From the NCBI GenBank assembly GCA_045536365.1, contig JAZSNL010000020.1, forward strand, positions 30,463 to 94,462: DNA of 64,000 nucleotides. The letters run 5' to 3'. This document shows, one piece after another, positions 59,343 through 64,000 of this stretch; the first letter of the stretch is position 1; the number at the start of each line of letters is the position of its first letter. The DNA is from Bacilli bacterium. GTDB taxonomy: Bacteria; Bacillota_I; Bacilli_A; ML615J-28; CAG-313. The notes under the pieces are model-generated. The model made no database searches, had not been told where the DNA came from, and was given only the letters and a program-made list of their open reading frames with translations. The position numbers and the translations under genes are program-made.

Positions 59343-60380
59343 ATGAAAGGAGACAAAAACAGCATAAATAAGAACAAGATTTATGACGTTGCTGGAAAAG
59401 CTGGTGTTTCACTTGCTACTGTTTCTAGGGTTTTGAATCATCCAGAAAAAGTTAAAAAAGCGACGCGTGAACGTGTTCAACGTGTTATTGATGAACTTGG
59501 TTATAAACCTAATTTAAATGCTAAAGGTCTTGCAAGTTCTAAATCAACTACTGTTGCTATTGTTGTTCCAGAATTAACAAGAAGTTCAATTGCTGGAATG
59601 GTTGACGGGATTGCTGCTTGTGCACATCGCCGTGGTTATTTATTACGTTTGTTTGTTAATAATTATAAAATGACTGATGATAAAAATGAATCTGAACTTG
59701 AATTATGGGGTACAGTTATGTCATCAGGTGTAGATGGCGTTTTATATATCAATGATGAAATTACTGATGAAAATTTAGAATTAATTAGAAATGTTGATAC
59801 TGATGTGGTATTAACTAATACTGTATGTAGTGATCCAAGTATTCCTAGTGTTGCGATTGATTATAAAAAAGCTGCTTATGAAATGACTAAGGAAATGATT
59901 AATCGTGGTAATACAAAAATTTGGATGATTACTACTATTAGAAAATATGTAGTTAACGATTTAAAAGTTGAAGGATATGAAGCTGCAATGAAAGAAGCAG
60001 GTTTAGAACCTTACGTATTATCAGTATCAGGTAAAACTGAATTAAATGTTCCCGCTTATACTGAAGCGTTAGAAAAGGAACATCCTGAAGTTGCGATTGT
60101 TGTTCGTGATTCAATGGCTGTATCTTTTATTAATGTAGCTAGATTATTACATATTCATATTCCTGATGAATTACAAGTTATCGGTTTCCAAAATACAAAA
60201 TATGCTGAATTATCAAGACCTAGTTTAACTTGTATTAATACACCTATTTATGAAATTGGTGAGGAAGCGATGGATTTATTAACTAGTCTAATTAAAGAAG
60301 AAAATGAAGATAGTGAAGAAATTGAAATTAAACGAAATATTGATTATGATATCGTTTGGAGAGATTCCACTAAAAAGTAG
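59343..60380 (+). CDS. ccpA: catabolite control protein A (LacI family)
   Basis: IYDVAGKAGVSLATVSRVLN HTH; PSVAIDYKKAAYEM and VIGFQNTKYAELSRPSLTCINTPIYEIGEEAMDLL resemble CcpA; adjacent to tyrS as in Bacilli. Confidence 0.6.
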   Translation: MKGDKNSINKNKIYDVAGKAGVSLATVSRVLNHPEKVKKATRERVQRVIDELGYKPNLNAKGLASSKSTTVAIVVPELTRSSIAGMVDGIAACAHRRGYLLRLFVNNYKMTDDKNESELELWGTVMSSGVDGVLYINDEITDENLELIRNVDTDVVLTNTVCSDPSIPSVAIDYKKAAYEMTKEMINRGNTKIWMITTIRKYVVNDLKVEGYEAAMKEAGLEPYVLSVSGKTELNVPAYTEALEKEHPEVAIVVRDSMAVSFINVARLLHIHIPDELQVIGFQNTKYAELSRPSLTCINTPIYEIGEEAMDLLTSLIKEENEDSEEIEIKRNIDYDIVWRDSTKK

Positions 60381-60394
60381 TATTATTAAAGGTA

Positions 60395-60560
60395 ATGACA
60401 GAGATTTATTCGTTGCTGAGAGAATAAACAATTTAATAATATGAAGTACTTACAACTTAATATTAAAGTGCACAAGAAATTGTGAATTAAGGTGGTACCG
60501 CGGAATTTATTTCGTCCTTAAATAAAAGTAGTAGTATATTTTTATTTAAGGATTTTTTTA
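60395..60560 (+). promoter_or_regulatory. T-box riboswitch leader (Tyr specifier) controlling tyrS
   Basis: T-box AATTAAGGTGGTACCGCGG (60486..60504); UAC-containing specifier region GAAGTACTTACAAC; terminator CCTTAAATAAAA...TTTTATTTAAGG + T7. Confidence 0.75.
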
Positions 60561-60584
60561 TAAAATAATAGGAGGAATATAAAA

Positions 60585-61817
60585 ATGAACTTTTTTGAAG
60601 AATTACAATGGAGAGGTTTAATAAATAGCGTTACTGATGAAGAAGTAATAGAAAAAATAAATAATGGTAAATTAACATTTTACTTAGGAACAGATCCTAC
60701 AGCAGATAGTTTACATGTAGGTCACTTATTAGTATTCTTATTTGCTAAAAGATTAGAAATGCATGGACATCATCCAATTTTATTAATTGGTGGTGCCACA
60801 GGATTTATTGGTGATCCACGTCCTACATCTGAAAGACAATTATTATCAAGAGAAACTATTGAAGCTAATGCTGCCGCATTACATAATCAAGTTTCTAATT
60901 TATTCAATTGTGAAATGGTTAATAATTATGATTGGATTAGTAATATTAGTATTTTAGATTTTTTAAGAGATTATGGAAAATTCTTTAATATTAATTATAT
61001 GATTAATAAAGAAACTGTTAAATCAAGATTAGATACAGGTATTTCTTATACTGAATTCTCATATCAATTATTACAAGCAATTGACTTTGAACATTTATAC
61101 AGTCATAAGAATTGTGTTATGCAAATAGGTGGGCAAGATCAATGGGGTAATATTACAAGCGGTTTAGAATTAATAAGAAAAATTGATGGAGCTGATGCAA
61201 AAGCATATGGTGTAACTGTTCCTTTATTTACAAAGAGTGATGGTACTAAATTTGGTAAATCTGAATCTGGTGCTGTATGGTTAGATCCTAAGAAAACTAC
61301 ACCTTATAGCTTTTATCAATTCTGGATTAATACACCTGACTCTGATGTTATTAAATGTCTAAAACAATTCACTTTCTTAACAAAAGAACAAATTGAAGAA
61401 ATTATGGTTTCTTTTGAAAATGAACCACATTTAAGAGTTGCTCAAAAAGCTCTTGCAAAAGAAATGACAGTTTTAATTCATGGTGAAGAAGCTTACAATC
61501 AAGCTGTTAAAGTTTCTACCGCATTATTTAGCGGAAAAGTAGGAGAATTGACAAAAGAAGAAATCGAAATGGGATTTGAAGGTGTTCCTACTGTTGAAAT
61601 CGAAGAAAATATGAATTTAATTGATGCGCTAGTATTAGTAAAAGCTGCAAGTTCTAAACGCGAAGCAAGAGACTTTATTAACAATGGTGCTGTTTTAGTA
61701 AATGGTGAAGTTCAAAAGAATTTAGAATTTGTTGTTTCTAAAGAAAATGCAATTGGTAATACATATACTATTATTAGACGTGGTAAAAAGAATTATTATT
61801 TATTAACTCACAAATAG
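60585..61817 (+). CDS. tyrS: tyrosine--tRNA ligase
   Basis: HIGH-like DSLHVGHL, KMSKS-like KFGKSE, C-terminal S4 domain. Confidence 0.9.
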   Translation: MNFFEELQWRGLINSVTDEEVIEKINNGKLTFYLGTDPTADSLHVGHLLVFLFAKRLEMHGHHPILLIGGATGFIGDPRPTSERQLLSRETIEANAAALHNQVSNLFNCEMVNNYDWISNISILDFLRDYGKFFNINYMINKETVKSRLDTGISYTEFSYQLLQAIDFEHLYSHKNCVMQIGGQDQWGNITSGLELIRKIDGADAKAYGVTVPLFTKSDGTKFGKSESGAVWLDPKKTTPYSFYQFWINTPDSDVIKCLKQFTFLTKEQIEEIMVSFENEPHLRVAQKALAKEMTVLIHGEEAYNQAVKVSTALFSGKVGELTKEEIEMGFEGVPTVEIEENMNLIDALVLVKAASSKREARDFINNGAVLVNGEVQKNLEFVVSKENAIGNTYTIIRRGKKNYYLLTHK

Positions 61818-61825
61818 GAGATAAT

Positions 61826-62920
61826 ATGAAAACATTAGATAAAATTCAAAATCTTGTTTTAGAAGCTATTGAAGATGGTGCTTTTCCTGGTGCTAATTAT
61901 GCGATAATATTTAAAGATAAAGCGTATGTAAATAGTTTAGGAAATAAAGCTTTATTCCCTAATGTTGAAAAAAATGATTTAAACACTATTTATGATATGG
62001 CATCACTTACAAAAGTTATTTGTACAACTACTGCTATTTTACAATTAATGGAAGAAGGTAAGTTAAGATTAGCTAATCCAATTAAAAAATATTTACCTGA
62101 TTTTCCTTATGAAAATATGACAGTATTTGATATGGTAACTCATACTTCAGGATTATACCCTGATGTATTTAATGTAAGCAAATTAAAAAGTGAAGCTCAA
62201 TTCTGGGAACAAGCTTATACAATGGGTTTAAAAGATGAAAAAAATAAAAGAATAATTTATTCTGATATCGGTTTTGCTATTTTAGGTAAAGTAATAGAAG
62301 TTATTTCTAAACAACCTTTAAATGAATATGTATTAGAACATATTTTTAAACCATTAAATATGGTAGATTCTGGATATTTACCGAAGGATGTTTCAAGATG
62401 TGCTCCTACTGAAGATCGAAATGATGAAATGTATCAAGGTATCTTAAGAGGAAAAGTTCATGATGAAACTGCTTATTGTTTAGGTGGAGTTGCGGGTCAT
62501 GCTGGATTATTTTCTACTATAAGTGATGTTGTTAAATTTGTTCAAATGATTATGAATAATGGTACTTTAAATGGTGTGAAAATTTTATCTAAAGCATCAA
62601 TTGATGCTTTGTATCGACCTTTGGTAGAAGATAAAAATGGTAATATGATTGAAGGAGAAAGAAGAACAATTGGTTGGATTAATAGAACTAATAATGGTCC
62701 TTCTGGCGATCTGACTAGTCATAATACTATTTTACATACTGGTTTTACAGGTACTAATATTTGGATAGATCGTGATAATGAAATTGGTTTTGCGATGTTA
62801 ACTAATCGTGTTCATCCTACACGTGGAAATGGTAAACATATTGAAGTAAGAGCAAGATTGGCTAACTTTATTATGGCTCATTTAGAAGAGTTAAAAGAAG
62901 AAATAAAAGGAAGTGATTAA
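61826..62920 (+). CDS. serine hydrolase, beta-lactamase/PBP4* (class C-like) family
   Basis: ASLTKV (SxxK), YSD, HTGFTG motifs. Confidence 0.65.
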   Translation: MKTLDKIQNLVLEAIEDGAFPGANYAIIFKDKAYVNSLGNKALFPNVEKNDLNTIYDMASLTKVICTTTAILQLMEEGKLRLANPIKKYLPDFPYENMTVFDMVTHTSGLYPDVFNVSKLKSEAQFWEQAYTMGLKDEKNKRIIYSDIGFAILGKVIEVISKQPLNEYVLEHIFKPLNMVDSGYLPKDVSRCAPTEDRNDEMYQGILRGKVHDETAYCLGGVAGHAGLFSTISDVVKFVQMIMNNGTLNGVKILSKASIDALYRPLVEDKNGNMIEGERRTIGWINRTNNGPSGDLTSHNTILHTGFTGTNIWIDRDNEIGFAMLTNRVHPTRGNGKHIEVRARLANFIMAHLEELKEEIKGSD

Positions 62921-63608
62921 CATGGGAAAAACAATTCTTGCAATAGGCGGACATATCGGAGATATGGAATTAACAGCTGGTGGATTGATGGCTAGTAATG
63001 CCGTTGATGGAGGTAAAAATATTACTCTTGCTTTAACTGCTGGAGAACGAGGAAACCCTCCACATTTAACAGTTAGCGAATATCGCATACAAAAAATTAA
63101 TGAAGCTAAAGCTTTTGCTGAGATGGTAAATGGTGAGGCTTTGGTATTAGAATACTGTGATGGTGAATTGCCAAATGATGAAAAGGTAAGAAGAGAAGTG
63201 GCGGAAATAATCGTTAAATATAAACCTGATATTATTGTTACTCATTGGCATAGCCAAATGCATAAAGATCATAATGCTACTCACTACATTGTTCAAGATG
63301 CCCAATTTTTAGCTGGTGTTGTTGGAAATAGTGAAGGAAAAAGACATTATGCTCCAGTTTATTTTTGTGAAAACTGGGAAGACGATAAAGACTTTGAACC
63401 GTATATTTATGTTGATATCACAAGGGGATATGATTTATGGTGTCAAGCTATTCAAAAACATTGGTTTATTATGAATAGTAAAGATTTTAAATATTATGAT
63501 TATTATACTTCTCTTGCAAGATGTCGCGGTGCTTTATCTAAAAAAATGTATGCAGAGTGTTTTAATATAAAACCTGAACATAAGAAAATAATTAAAGACA
63601 GTTTGTAA
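62913..63608 (+). CDS. PIG-L/LmbE-family N-acetylglucosaminyl deacetylase (BshB-like)
   Basis: AIGGHIGDMELTAGG and HWHSQMHKDH metal-binding motifs. Confidence 0.55.
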   Translation: MINMGKTILAIGGHIGDMELTAGGLMASNAVDGGKNITLALTAGERGNPPHLTVSEYRIQKINEAKAFAEMVNGEALVLEYCDGELPNDEKVRREVAEIIVKYKPDIIVTHWHSQMHKDHNATHYIVQDAQFLAGVVGNSEGKRHYAPVYFCENWEDDKDFEPYIYVDITRGYDLWCQAIQKHWFIMNSKDFKYYDYYTSLARCRGALSKKMYAECFNIKPEHKKIIKDSL

Positions 63609-63649
63609 AAAATGTGTTATAATATAGTGACATTAAAGGAAGTGATAAC

Positions 63650-64000
63650 ATGAAAATTTATGATACACATAGTGATGTCTTTTCTAATTTATATGATCGA
63701 TATATTAAAGGTGAAAGAGACATTTTTGAAAAATACCATATTGAGGATTTATCGAAAGGTGAAGTTGCTGGTGGTATTTGGGTGGTTTATAGTGATAAAG
63801 TTTTCGATATTATTGATGCTTATCAAATAGCTTTAAAAGAATTTGAGAAATTTAAAGATAGTTATGATGTTGTATATGGATTAGAAGGATTAAGAAATGT
63901 TCCTGATTTAGAAACTTTTGATAAATTATATCAAATGGGAATCCGCCATGCAGGGCTTACATGGAATGAAGAAAATCATCTTGCAACAGGTGTAAGAGGT
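63650..64000 (+). CDS. membrane dipeptidase (peptidase M19) family, 3' end outside window
   Basis: DTHSD...HAGLTWNEENHLATG. Confidence 0.45.
   Translation, partial: MKIYDTHSDVFSNLYDRYIKGERDIFEKYHIEDLSKGEVAGGIWVVYSDKVFDIIDAYQIALKEFEKFKDSYDVVYGLEGLRNVPDLETFDKLYQMGIRHAGLTWNEENHLATGVRG

Noticed and set aside
61499-63088. Minus ORFs inside tyrS and the beta-lactamase-like/PIG-L genes
   Set aside because: Antisense to confident genes.
1-64000. CRISPR arrays, rRNA or tRNA genes
   Set aside because: No regularly spaced direct repeats, no rRNA-like GC-rich conserved blocks and no tRNA cloverleaf candidates noticed.

Overview
AT-rich (~28–30 % GC) chromosomal segment from an endospore-forming Firmicute. 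The spore-former call rests on an alpha/beta-type SASP, a GerE regulator, a YjcZ-family small protein and YlbD/YlbE-like genes. Most of the window is conserved housekeeping and is densely coded on the + strand. Identifiable operons and genes include zur-znuA-znuC-znuB with a Fur-family operator palindrome, nifS/iscS-thiI, rimP-nusA-ylxR-ylxQ-infB-rbfA, uvrC, rnj, def, malQ and rpsP-ylqC. An ArsR/P1B metal-efflux ATPase pair is wedged between ylqC and rimM-trmD. Further on are rplS, ccpA and a T-box-controlled tyrS. The standout is a ~14 kb accessory island (about 38.8–52.9 kb) inserted between trmD/rhodanese and rplS. It encodes a 2043-aa Sec-signal RHS/YD-repeat polymorphic toxin of the WapA type. 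Its C-terminal domain looks like a permuted papain-fold domain (His before Cys; PPPDE/LRAT-like). An exported lipoprotein immunity candidate follows directly. Behind it lies an array of at least three orphan RHS C-terminal toxin cassettes, each followed by a different exported putative immunity gene. The array ends in a decayed fourth unit: an internally deleted toxin tail and an immunity paralog carrying a single nonsense codon, with a further toxin-junction remnant downstream. Near-identical 60–200 bp repeats at the RHS core/toxin junction link the cassettes and could mediate toxin-tip switching. No rRNA, tRNA, CRISPR array, integrase or transposase was seen.
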